A stretch of 32,000 bases of DNA, from NCBI RefSeq assembly GCF_043950625.1, contig NZ_CP171007.1. One strand, 5' to 3'. Of this stretch, positions 20,858 to 29,328 are shown piece after piece. This stretch comes from Alkanindiges sp. WGS2144. GTDB lineage: Bacteria; Pseudomonadota; Gammaproteobacteria; Pseudomonadales; Moraxellaceae. The position numbers were made by a program, and so were the translations under genes. The notes under the pieces were generated by a model. It made no database searches. It saw nothing but the letters and a program-made list of their open reading frames with translations, and was not told the origin of the DNA. Within the stretch, counting starts at the first letter, position 1, and the number at the start of each line of letters is the position of its first letter.

Positions 20858-21967
20858 ATGAATTTAGGCAAAAAAAAGCTGGGCATAATAAGATCAAGTA
20901 TACAAAGTTCAGCCCCGACATACAAAGCAAGTTCATCGCTGCCGCAGGATGCGTTTTTTCTGCCGGATTTTAGTGAAAACCGGGCCTTGCTGGAGCTGCT
21001 GGTCAGTACCAATATTCTGGCGCTTATTCTGGCGCTCATAGATGCCCGTGACCTGGGCAGTATGTCCTGGAGTTTGGTGGCGCAATATGTTTTTTTTGTG
21101 AACTGGGTGACGGTCAGCTTTGCCTGGCTGTCCGATCTGCTGCGTAGCAGGTTGCGTGCATTGCCCCGGATTCAGGCGGTACTGTGGAGCCTGCTGATGC
21201 TGGAAGGCATTATTGGCCTGACCACCCTGCTGATTAATGTGGGACTAAACGTCATTTTAAACATGCCAAAACCCTGGTGGGAGCATGTGCTGTATCATCT
21301 GGTGCTGGGGGGCTGCCTGGGCATGGTCATCATGCGTTACTTGTATGTGCGTGAGCAGATGATCAACCAGCACCGCGCTGAACTCCAGGCACGTGTACAG
21401 GTTTTACAGGCACGAATCCGGCCGCATTTTTTATTCAATACCATGAATAGCGTGCTGAGCCTGATTCAAACCGATCCGGTAAAAGCTGAATCCATGATTG
21501 AAAATCTGGCACAGCTGTTTCGGGCCAGCTTGAGTGTCAGTGGTGAAATCAGCCTGCTGGATGAAGTGGCTTTGTGCAAAAACTATCTGGACATTGAGAC
21601 GATCCGGCTGGGTGAACGACTTAGGGTAGATTGGCGTCTGCCGGATGAAGATGCATTGTACGATGTGAATATTCCTTCACTCACCCTGCAGCCCCTGCTG
21701 GAAAATGCCATCTATTATGGGGTAGAAACGTTCAGCACGCCGAGTACAATTAGCGTTCTACTGCAAGTTAATGCCAAAGATGTCACAATCGTGGTGACAA
21801 ATCCCTGTCAAACTGGTAAAAAAGGCAGGCAATCTGGCAATGGAATGGCGCTAGGTAATATTCAGGAACGTTTGCAGGCCTACTATGGGGGGAAAGCCCG
21901 CCTGCAAACGCATCAAACCAGCGATTTATTTACCACGTATCTGAGTTATCCCTACGTGGCACAATAA
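20858..21967 (+). CDS. algZ: LytS/AlgZ(FimS)-type sensor histidine kinase
   Basis: N-terminal membrane domain, then the His_kinase motif [18 protein letters not shown] and a C-terminal ATPase region. It sits divergent from argH and upstream of algR-hemC, as in Pseudomonas. The start is uncertain. Confidence 0.8.
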   Translation: MNLGKKKLGIIRSSIQSSAPTYKASSSLPQDAFFLPDFSENRALLELLVSTNILALILALIDARDLGSMSWSLVAQYVFFVNWVTVSFAWLSDLLRSRLRALPRIQAVLWSLLMLEGIIGLTTLLINVGLNVILNMPKPWWEHVLYHLVLGGCLGMVIMRYLYVREQMINQHRAELQARVQVLQARIRPHFLFNTMNSVLSLIQTDPVKAESMIENLAQLFRASLSVSGEISLLDEVALCKNYLDIETIRLGERLRVDWRLPDEDALYDVNIPSLTLQPLLENAIYYGVETFSTPSTISVLLQVNAKDVTIVVTNPCQTGKKGRQSGNGMALGNIQERLQAYYGGKARLQTHQTSDLFTTYLSYPYVAQ

Positions 21968-22030
21968 AGCGCGGAACAATAAAAAAAAGCATTAGTTATT
22001 GGAAAAGTAATTGATGGGCAAGGAGGAAGC

Positions 22031-22777
22031 ATGAATATTCTGGTTTGTGACGACGAACCACTGGCAAGAGAGCGTCTGACGCGTATGGTCAAGGCTGCTG
22101 GTTACCAGGTGGTCGCGCAAGCTGCTAATGGAATCCAGGCACTAGAGCAAGTGCGCCTGCATCAACCTGATGTGGTACTGCTGGATATCCGCATGCCGGA
22201 GATGGATGGTATTCAATGTGCCCAGGCTTTGTTAGACCTTGATGTGCCTCCCGCAGTGATATTTGTGACTGCTTTTGACCAGCACGCCATTGATGCCTTT
22301 AACACCCAGGCCATTGGCTATTTACTTAAACCTGTTAACCAGCAGCAACTGGAAATGGCCTTAAAACGTGCCAGCCGGTTAAATAGTGCCCAACTGAGGC
22401 ACCTGCACACCCACACTGCCAATAGCCATGAACAGCAACGGCCAGCACGCAAGCATATCGCTGCGCGAACCCATCGCGGCGTTGAGTTAATCCCGGTTGA
22501 AAATATTTATTATTTTCTGGCTGACCAGAAATATATCACCGTACGTCATGCCGGTGGACAGGTACTGATTGATGAAACCCTAAAAGAGCTGGAACAAGAG
22601 TTTGGCGAGTGCTTTATCCGCATCCATCGTAATGCGCTGGTGGCTATATCTTATCTGGAAGGGCTGGAGCTGGTTGGTACAGGGCAGTATCAGGTGCGTT
22701 GCCGGGATATTGATGAGCGATTGGCGGTTAGCCGGCGGCATTTGCCCCACTTGCGGGAAAAAATCCATCATTTATAG
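22031..22777 (+). CDS. algR: LytR/AlgR-family response regulator (REC plus LytTR DNA-binding domain)
   Basis: REC domain (ILVCDDEP...DVVLLDIRMPEMDG...KP) and a C-terminal LytTR region (FIRIHRNALVAISYL). Strong AAGGAGGAAG SD. Confidence 0.88.
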   Translation: MNILVCDDEPLARERLTRMVKAAGYQVVAQAANGIQALEQVRLHQPDVVLLDIRMPEMDGIQCAQALLDLDVPPAVIFVTAFDQHAIDAFNTQAIGYLLKPVNQQQLEMALKRASRLNSAQLRHLHTHTANSHEQQRPARKHIAARTHRGVELIPVENIYYFLADQKYITVRHAGGQVLIDETLKELEQEFGECFIRIHRNALVAISYLEGLELVGTGQYQVRCRDIDERLAVSRRHLPHLREKIHHL

Positions 22778-22931
22778 CCAGCCAGTTAAGTGAGATTATT
22801 GAGGCAGTCATTAATTCCTTAATATGTCATGTTCTAACCAGTTGACTACTATTTAAAACTGCCACTGGCTTGAGCCACCTGCACAATTTTGGCATGCTAG
22901 AGCCCGTTTTTGACAGCTTACCGAGGACACT

Positions 22932-23855
22932 ATGATGCAGACCCTAAAAATTGCCACCCGGCAAAGTCCTCTGGCACTGTGGCAGGCTGAGCATATTAAA
23001 CAGCGCTTGCAAGACCTGCATCCTGGGTTAAGGGTTGAGCTGGTCACTTTTGTGACTCAGGGCGACAAGATTCTGGATACACCACTGGCAAAAATTGGTG
23101 GTAAGGGACTATTTGTCAAAGAGCTGGAAAATGCGCTGCTGGATGGTCGTGCTGACCTGGCGGTTCACTCCATGAAAGATGTGCCCATGGAGCTGCCCGA
23201 AGGGCTGAGTCTGGCTGTAATCTGTGAGCGGGAAGACCCGTGTGATGCGTTTGTTTCCAATACTTATGCCAGTCTGGATGATTTGCCGCACGGCGCACGT
23301 CTGGGTACTTCCAGCCTGCGTCGTAAGTGTCAGATTCAGGCGTATCGTCCCGATCTGGACATTATTGACCTGCGCGGTAATGTCGGCACCCGCTTAAGCA
23401 AGCTGGATGCTGGACAGTATGATGCCATTATTCTGGCTGCTGCGGGTTTAAAGCGTCTTAAGCTGGAAGATCGCATCAAACAGATTCTGGATATCCAGGT
23501 TAGCCTGCCAGCAGTGGGTCAGGGCGCACTGGGACTAGAGTGTCGTAGCAATGACCAGACCGTATTAACGCTGCTTGCGCCGCTATCTGATCCTGCCACC
23601 AGTGTATGTGTGCAGGCAGAACGTGCCTTTAATCGTACCTTGGAAGGTGGCTGTCAGGTGCCCATTGCCGGTTTCGCTGTACTGGGAAATGATCAGTTGC
23701 ATATGCAGGGACGGGTAGGCAGCCCGGATGGCAAGCATTTGCTCAAAGCCGAGTTAAGTGGTGCGCCTGAGCAGGCCGAACAGCTAGGCAGGCAACTGGC
23801 GCAGCTATTGCTGGAACAAGGGGCGGGACAGCTGCTTGCCGCATTGCATGAATAG
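22932..23855 (+). CDS. hemC: hydroxymethylbilane synthase (porphobilinogen deaminase)
   Basis: [28 protein letters not shown] and the cofactor-binding LEGGCQVPI motif. Confidence 0.95.
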   Translation: MMQTLKIATRQSPLALWQAEHIKQRLQDLHPGLRVELVTFVTQGDKILDTPLAKIGGKGLFVKELENALLDGRADLAVHSMKDVPMELPEGLSLAVICEREDPCDAFVSNTYASLDDLPHGARLGTSSLRRKCQIQAYRPDLDIIDLRGNVGTRLSKLDAGQYDAIILAAAGLKRLKLEDRIKQILDIQVSLPAVGQGALGLECRSNDQTVLTLLAPLSDPATSVCVQAERAFNRTLEGGCQVPIAGFAVLGNDQLHMQGRVGSPDGKHLLKAELSGAPEQAEQLGRQLAQLLLEQGAGQLLAALHE

Positions 23856-23873
23856 GCCGGACAGGATACTTTT

Positions 23874-24638
23874 GTGCTGCATGTGGTAAATACCCGGCCG
23901 GGTGACCGGGCGCTTGGCCTGACGACAGTCCTGCAACAGACGGGTTATCAGGTGAGCAGCCTGCCATTGCTCGAACTGATTGCTGAACCTTTTGATGACC
24001 AGTTACAACAGCAGCTGATTCAAATCAGGATGACTGATATTGTGGTGGTGGTGAGTCCCACTGCGGTTGAGCTGGGTTTAACATATCTTCAGCAACTGAA
24101 CATTGAGTTGGCCAGTTTGACCTGCCAGTGGGTGGCAGTCGGGCAGGGTACTGCTGAGATGTTGCAGCAGGCTGGTATTTTTCCACAGGTTCCCGCCATC
24201 GAAACCAGTGAGGGTATGCTGGCACTGGATGTTTTTCAGGTCAGTGGCCAGCCGGTAACTATCATGTTCTGGCGTGGTCATGGGGGGCGTACCCTGATGC
24301 TGCAAACCTTGCAGGCACAACAGCAACACACCATGAGTGTGAATTTGTACCGGAGGCAATTGCCCGCTGCCAGTAAACAGCAATATATATCATTGCTGCA
24401 AAACCTGCCGGATGTATTGCTAATTAGCAGTGGTGCTTCCTGGCAGCACTGGCTACAACTAGGCACAGAGCATGGGCCATTGATTCCGCCTTATATTCTG
24501 GTGCTGGGTGAACGGGTACAGCAACTGGTGAAGAATGATGTGCAACGCCTGCAAGCCAATTCCCAGATCATTTTATTGTCTGATTTGCAGCCGGATAGTA
24601 TTTTGCAGGCTTTGCAACAGTTACAAAAATGTCTGTAA
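23874..24638 (+). CDS. hemD: uroporphyrinogen-III synthase
   Basis: GTG start. HemD-sized protein with VVNTRP at the N-terminus and two-lobe HEM4-like composition. Position between hemC and hemX supports the call. Confidence 0.8.
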   Translation: MLHVVNTRPGDRALGLTTVLQQTGYQVSSLPLLELIAEPFDDQLQQQLIQIRMTDIVVVVSPTAVELGLTYLQQLNIELASLTCQWVAVGQGTAEMLQQAGIFPQVPAIETSEGMLALDVFQVSGQPVTIMFWRGHGGRTLMLQTLQAQQQHTMSVNLYRRQLPAASKQQYISLLQNLPDVLLISSGASWQHWLQLGTEHGPLIPPYILVLGERVQQLVKNDVQRLQANSQIILLSDLQPDSILQALQQLQKCL

Positions 24639-24769
24639 TGACCAATGTCATATTGTATCGTGTAGCAGGCTTCTTTATCCTGCACACTCATGATGACAAA
24701 AAGGTACCGGTTTTGATCACTCAGAACGACACCACTATAATCAGTCTGATACGGTGTGAGTAAGCGCAA

Positions 24770-25699
24770 ATGAAGCAAAAAACGCTACTCCTGCTATTAT
24801 TCTTGTTGATCATGACCCTTACTGGACTGACTGGCTATTTATTCCAGCAACGTGACCAACAACTCCAGCAGATTGCGCAGAATCAGCAGGTGAATCAAAA
24901 GCAGCTTGCTGACTTAAATGACCGTCTGGTCGCAGTTGCCCGGCAACAGGGTAATATGGCGACACCGGAGTCCTCCAGTCATGCAGCACTATTTTTACCG
25001 CAGGATCAACGCTGGCAGCTCCAGTTGAATCGGCAGCGCAGTGAGCTCAGACAATTGCAACGTCAGTGGGCGCTGACTGCCCTGCATCTTAGCCAGGATT
25101 ATCTTAAGCAGGCCAATTATCAACAGGCGCAGCAATTACTGCTGGAGTTACAGCAGAATATTATTGAAAGTCAGCAAACGATTGCCGATCCTTTTAACCA
25201 TACCCTGTTACAAACCATAAAAATTGATCAATTAAATATTAGCCAGGAAGCCAGCCGGCAGCAGCAGCGCCGTGACAGTCTGGGTCAGGTATTGGCACAG
25301 CTACAGCAGCAGTTAAACCTGATGGCAGTGCAGCCACCCAGCTCCCTGTTAAGTCAATCTGCCAGCGCTGATCACCGTATCCTGAGCAGGGACTGGTTCA
25401 AGCATTTATTCCTGCTGGAACCTGCCCAGCCGCAGGTCAGCCAGCACATGCTGGATCGCAGTTTTATCTGCAAGCAGGCCAGTATCAATATTGCAATGGC
25501 GCGGCAGGCAGTCAACCAGAATCACCAGATCAACTTTAATAGCAATATTAATGAGGCATTAGGCCAGCTTAACCTATTGACAGATCCGGCGGCGCGTCAT
25601 CTGGTGCAGCATTTAAACAAGCTTAAAAACCAGACGCTGGCACCAGCCGTTGAGTTGACTTCGCTGACTCTACTGTCTGGCCAGAAGGGGGGCTCATGA
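24770..25699 (+). CDS. hemX: HemX-like membrane protein (often mis-annotated as uroporphyrinogen-III C-methyltransferase)
   Basis: A single N-terminal TM helix followed by a long Q-rich, coiled-coil-like region. Called from its position in hemCDXY. Confidence 0.7.
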   Translation: MKQKTLLLLLFLLIMTLTGLTGYLFQQRDQQLQQIAQNQQVNQKQLADLNDRLVAVARQQGNMATPESSSHAALFLPQDQRWQLQLNRQRSELRQLQRQWALTALHLSQDYLKQANYQQAQQLLLELQQNIIESQQTIADPFNHTLLQTIKIDQLNISQEASRQQQRRDSLGQVLAQLQQQLNLMAVQPPSSLLSQSASADHRILSRDWFKHLFLLEPAQPQVSQHMLDRSFICKQASINIAMARQAVNQNHQINFNSNINEALGQLNLLTDPAARHLVQHLNKLKNQTLAPAVELTSLTLLSGQKGGS

Positions 25700-26913
25700 G
25701 CTCCCGGCCGTGGAAGTATCGGGGAGTATGGCTAACGTTACTTGCGCTGGTCGGTATTATCGTGCTGAGTATCTTTTTTGATGCTGGCTATGTGCTATTG
25801 GTATGGCTGGGCTGGCAATTACAAACCACCGCAGTGCTCTTTATGTTTTTGCTGGTGGTGGTCGTGGCAGGGCTGGTGTACCTGATCCGTCGCGTGAACT
25901 CCTGGATCAAAAGTCGGCTGCTGCGTCACCCTCGCCATATTGATCACTACCAGCAGTTACTGAGATTTGAACAACTGGGCTGTTTATGGTTATTGGATGC
26001 CAAAACCAGTAAGCAGCAGGATATAGAACGGATTTTTTCCCAGTCTGCCACCTTAAAGCAATTAGTCATAGCGCATTTACAGCGTGAAAATGGTCAGTAT
26101 CCCCAAGCCTGGCAGACTTTAAAAAGTGGCACTTCATTACCTGATCTATGTATGCTTGAAACGGCTAGCTTATATCTTGCCGAGCGGCGCTTTGATGAGG
26201 CGCGCGAGCAGCTGGTTTTGATCGCCCAGCAGCCAGTTAGCCCGTTTGTGCAATCGCTGCAACCTGCCTGGCAGCAAATGGTAGTACAGCTATGGGCAAC
26301 GCTGGCACAGGCAGCACCCTGGCTGGTTCTTGAGACACCACAACGTCCGTACTTTAGTGCCACCCAGCAACTGGCCTGGCTCAGTGCCTTACAGCAACAG
26401 TTAAACGCACCTGTTCCTGTACAGTCCATCACTCCAGCCCAACAGGCTGCTGTACTGGCATTGTACAAGCAGCAACGTGAACAGCCAGATTTCTTACAGG
26501 AACTGCCTAGTGCAGTACAATGGTTGTTGCTACTTAATTCGATATCAGATGTAGACGCCACGGTACTGGCACAACACCGTTTAGAATTGGCTGATGAATT
26601 ACTGGGACAGCAATTTGATCCCCGGGTGCTATCTATCTGGCTGCATGATCAACTCAGACAGGCTAACCCGGACGCGCAGCATATTGAGCAGCAGCTACAG
26701 GCGCTGGCGCAGCGCTATCCCGGGCAGCCTTCGATTGCGCTGGCACAATGGCACCAGTTTAAGGCCAGCGGACAAGAAGACGCTGCCCGGCAGATTTTGC
26801 AAAACTGGCCGCAACATGCTGATTTTAGTTATTTGCGCCTAAAAGAGGCATTGGCTGATCAGGCAGAATTACTGGCAGATTTAGACATTATGTATGAGTA
26901 TTTAAAGCGCTAA
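25696..26913 (+). CDS. hemY: HemY-like membrane/TPR protein
   Basis: Two N-terminal TM helices followed by a helical-repeat domain. Its ATGA overlaps the hemX stop. Called from its position as the last gene of hemCDXY. Confidence 0.75.
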   Translation: MSSRPWKYRGVWLTLLALVGIIVLSIFFDAGYVLLVWLGWQLQTTAVLFMFLLVVVVAGLVYLIRRVNSWIKSRLLRHPRHIDHYQQLLRFEQLGCLWLLDAKTSKQQDIERIFSQSATLKQLVIAHLQRENGQYPQAWQTLKSGTSLPDLCMLETASLYLAERRFDEAREQLVLIAQQPVSPFVQSLQPAWQQMVVQLWATLAQAAPWLVLETPQRPYFSATQQLAWLSALQQQLNAPVPVQSITPAQQAAVLALYKQQREQPDFLQELPSAVQWLLLLNSISDVDATVLAQHRLELADELLGQQFDPRVLSIWLHDQLRQANPDAQHIEQQLQALAQRYPGQPSIALAQWHQFKASGQEDAARQILQNWPQHADFSYLRLKEALADQAELLADLDIMYEYLKR

Positions 26914-26949
26914 AGTGACTTTAAACCAGCGTATTTTCAGGAAGTATCA

Positions 26950-27501
26950 ATGAGCTCTATTAAAGAATGTCCTGTGGTATTCCAGCAAACGGTTGCCTGG
27001 GGCGACATGGATGCTTTTGGCCATGTCAATAATGTGATGTATTACCGTTATATTGAAAGCGCCCGGATCGAATACCTGACCCATATCGAAGCGTTTAACC
27101 ATGGGCTAGCTAGTGTGGTATCGTCCAGTAGTTGCCGCTATCTGCGTCCGGTATTTTATCCGGATAGCTTAAAAATTGGTGCGAGGGTGGTCGAAGTGCG
27201 TAACTCGGGCTTTCGCATGGCCTATGTACTGTACAGCAACCAACAGGGGCAGGTAGTGGCTACGGGTGAGGCCATTGTGGTGATGGTCGATGCCAAAACC
27301 TTTGAAAAAGCCGCCATGCCGCTGGAGTTAAAGCAACGTATGGCAGCTCTGGAAGCCAATTTTGGCAATGAGCTGGATATTGGCCTGCCAACCGAAAAGA
27401 CCAGCCTGAGCAATATTGGCCGAGCCTTGCGTGATAACCTGCGTGGCAATATTGAACACATCGTGCCAAAAATTGGTGGCAAGCACCACGACCGTGACTA
27501 G
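26950..27501 (+). CDS. acyl-CoA thioesterase, 4HBT (YbgC/FadM-like) hot-dog fold, with about 45 aa of C-terminal tail
   Basis: VAWGDMDAFGHVNNVMYYRYIESARIEYL is the typical 4HBT catalytic-Asp N-terminus. AGGAAG SD. The last roughly 45 residues lie beyond the usual domain length. Confidence 0.8.
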   Translation: MSSIKECPVVFQQTVAWGDMDAFGHVNNVMYYRYIESARIEYLTHIEAFNHGLASVVSSSSCRYLRPVFYPDSLKIGARVVEVRNSGFRMAYVLYSNQQGQVVATGEAIVVMVDAKTFEKAAMPLELKQRMAALEANFGNELDIGLPTEKTSLSNIGRALRDNLRGNIEHIVPKIGGKHHDRD

Positions 27502-27654
27502 CTTTGAGTTAAAGCAATCTGGATGCTAGGCGGTAAAGGAACGGGACATGAGCAGGCCAACAAGTTTTTTTCCCAGTGAGATGAGAAAGTCCAGCAGGAG
27601 CGGACGCTCTATTGTAGGCGATTGTTAAATCGTACAGTTCAGTATGCTTTATAG

Positions 27655-27952
27655 GCAACCGATATCGCCTTTGATATGCTTGATACCGTGACCAGTAGTG
27701 CCGCGTGTGCTGTAAGGGAACTGGCCAGTTTGACTTCCGGGGCAGTACGTGAGGTGATGCTGGAAATCAGTGAAACGGCTCGGGAGCTTGCTCTGACCAT
27801 AGCCGTACTTTTTGCCCGGCCTGAATATCCTGAAGGAAAGCCGCGAACTGATGCAGCAGCTGGTTGACCAGTTTGAAATCCGTGGGTTACGTGCAGAAAA
27901 TGGTCGGCTGGAGATTTGGGTGAGCATAGAAAACAAAGCTGCTATACGCTAA
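27655..27952 (+). pseudogene. possible frameshifted small helical-protein gene (unknown family)
   Basis: Two overlapping open frames have protein-like Ala/Leu/Glu-rich composition: 27655-27867 and 27803-27952. They would fuse if one T were removed from the T5 run at 27809-27813. No convincing SD is present. Confidence 0.25.
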
Positions 27953-28039
27953 AGCACCACGCGAGCAACGACCCTGTTGTCTTGATTATCATGCGCCCTG
28001 CCTCATCTAAAAAATGAATACAGGTCTGGAAAAAATAAG

Positions 28040-28080
28040 CAAAAAAAAGCCTGCTATTTAAAATAAGCAGGCTCTTTTGT
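28040..28080. terminator. bidirectional hairpin terminator just downstream of the tRNA-Glu 3' end
   Basis: AAAAAAAA-AGCCTGCT-ATTTAAAATA-AGCAGGCT-CTTTTGT. On the minus strand it follows the tRNA CCA end (28098) by about 25 nt. Confidence 0.7.
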
Positions 28081-28097
28081 GATCTTTCGATCGTATA

Positions 28098-28157
28098 TGG
28101 CGTCCCTACGGGGATTCGAACCCCGGTTACCGCCGTGAAAGGGCGACGTTCTTAGGC
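28098..28157 (-). tRNA. 5'-truncated tRNA-Glu(UUC): anticodon arm, variable region, T-arm, 3' acceptor strand and CCA only (probable att junction)
   Basis: Minus-strand sense reads GCCTAAGAACGTCGCC-CTTTCAC-GGCGGTAACCGGGGTTCGAATCCCCGTAGGGACGCCA. No GTCCCTA 5' acceptor strand and no D-stem lie upstream, only AT-rich sequence running into the integrase stop. Confidence 0.7.
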
Positions 28158-28166
28158 ATAAATTAC

Positions 28167-28184
28167 TTTGTAATGTTTTGTAAT
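28167..28184. repeat. phased 8-nt direct repeat TTTGTAAT-GT-TTTGTAAT at the tRNA/prophage junction
   Basis: Two exact copies (28167-28174 and 28177-28184) with a 10-bp period lie between the tRNA fragment and the integrase stop codon. Confidence 0.5.
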
Positions 28185-28185
28185 T

Positions 28186-29070
28186 TTATGCTAAAGCGGG
28201 TAAGTGTTGCAGTACAGCATGCAAATGGTCAGGCGATAGGTGGGCATATTTCTGCGTTATTCGAACGTCCGAATGCCCTAGCAATGTTGACACATGATAA
28301 AGCGGTACACCTTGTCTAACTAGAAAACTGGCAAACGTATGCCGTAAGTCGTGAATCCGTACCTTACCCAATTTAGCCCGATCTACCGCAAGTTCAAAAC
28401 CCCGCCTAAAGCTCCTGATATTTTTGCCCGTCCTTTTGCTATAAAACACATAATGATGATGAATGCGTAATCTCTCCAGTGCAGCTATAGATACTGCATT
28501 AAGTGGTTTATAAACCGTTTTACGGTTTTTGCTTAACGAGTTGCGGACGATAAAATAACGCTCAGATAGATAAACATTATCCCAAGTCAGTTTAGTCAAT
28601 TCAGAAGCACGGCACCCGGTATTTAATGCTAGCAAAATAAAGTCATGCAGCAGCCAGTTATCATAGTGTAAGGTGGCAGCAAGCAGGGCAGTGCATTCAT
28701 TGCTGGAGAGAAAACGCGGGATATAGTCAGCTTCGAACAGCTTAAAACCGTTCAGAACATTTTTAAAATTAGCCGTTTCATTATGCTTTAGATAGTAGTT
28801 CAGGGCAGAGCGTAAAACAGTCAGTTCACGGTTGATGGTGCTGTTTTTAACCCCGGCAATGCTGCGATAGGTGCAGTAATCGGTTAACAGATCAATGGTC
28901 AGATGGTCATGCTGATAGAACCATTGCAGATGATGCAACTTATCAGCGTAGTCATGGTTAGATTGATAAAGCCCATTTTTGACGTAGAAATCTAAAATAA
29001 CTTGGACATTCATTAAGAAATGCTCATTTAGAAAAGGAGCATCAGGAATCGCCTTAAAATGCTGATTCAT
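28186..29070 (-). CDS. int: tyrosine-type site-specific integrase
   Basis: Catalytic set visible: TGCRASEL (Arg), HDLRHTF (His-x-x-Arg), LLGHSD (His) and QKYAHL (Tyr). An N-terminal SAM-like core-binding region is present. Confidence 0.9.
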   Translation of the reverse strand: MNQHFKAIPDAPFLNEHFLMNVQVILDFYVKNGLYQSNHDYADKLHHLQWFYQHDHLTIDLLTDYCTYRSIAGVKNSTINRELTVLRSALNYYLKHNETANFKNVLNGFKLFEADYIPRFLSSNECTALLAATLHYDNWLLHDFILLALNTGCRASELTKLTWDNVYLSERYFIVRNSLSKNRKTVYKPLNAVSIAALERLRIHHHYVFYSKRTGKNIRSFRRGFELAVDRAKLGKVRIHDLRHTFASFLVRQGVPLYHVSTLLGHSDVRITQKYAHLSPDHLHAVLQHLPALA

Positions 29071-29082
29071 AAAGCCAATGCT

Positions 29083-29307
29083 TTAGGCAACTATGGGTTG
29101 CCCGTCGCTTTGCTTTGGCAACCCATAGGGCAGCATGTTTTTCTTATCGGCTTGATCAAGTTGCACCCGACCAGACGAGGACTTGCAAGCAATCCCCGCT
29201 GGTTCGGCTTCACTTGACAAGCGCACGATAGCAAATGTTTTAATTTGTAATTTAGTTTGACTTATCATGGTTGGCACGTGTTTTGCTAGTGAACGTTTTT
29301 TGTTCAT
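29083..29307 (-). CDS. doubtful 74-aa ORF between zot and int (may be non-coding)
   Basis: It is an open frame only, with no SD. Its start sits 2 nt from a perfect hairpin, its 3' end contains an 11-bp inverted repeat, and I recognise no motif. Confidence 0.3.
   Translation of the reverse strand: MNKKRSLAKHVPTMISQTKLQIKTFAIVRLSSEAEPAGIACKSSSGRVQLDQADKKNMLPYGLPKQSDGQPIVA
29092..29127. repeat. 11-bp perfect inverted repeat TATGGGTTGCC-N14-GGCAACCCATA upstream of int
   Basis: Read directly: 29092-29102 and 29117-29127 are reverse complements. The repeat ends 22 nt upstream of the integrase ATG. Confidence 0.6.
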
Positions 29308-29328
29308 TATACGACATTATTTGTCGTA

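Noticed and set aside
24770-25699. Highly Gln-rich, repetitive-looking HemX sequence that might be taken for a nucleotide repeat expansion
   Set aside because: I saw no regular nucleotide period. It is compositional (CAG/CAA-rich coiled-coil) and typical of HemX-type proteins.
26094-26561. 155-aa minus-strand ORF rich in Cys, Ser and Ala
   Set aside because: It is antisense to hemY. The Cys/Ser/Ala richness is the mirror of the GCA/CAG/CTG-rich sense strand. It has no start context and no motif.
27481-27961. 10-nt direct repeat AAGCACCACG (27481-27490 and 27952-27961), with ACGACC nearby in both copies, bracketing about 460 bp. It could suggest a MITE-like insertion with target duplication that truncates the thioesterase tail.
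   Set aside because: I found no convincing terminal inverted repeats inside the repeats, only a short shared AGCTTTG. A single 10-mer recurrence within about 500 bp is not far from chance. It is worth a comparative look only.
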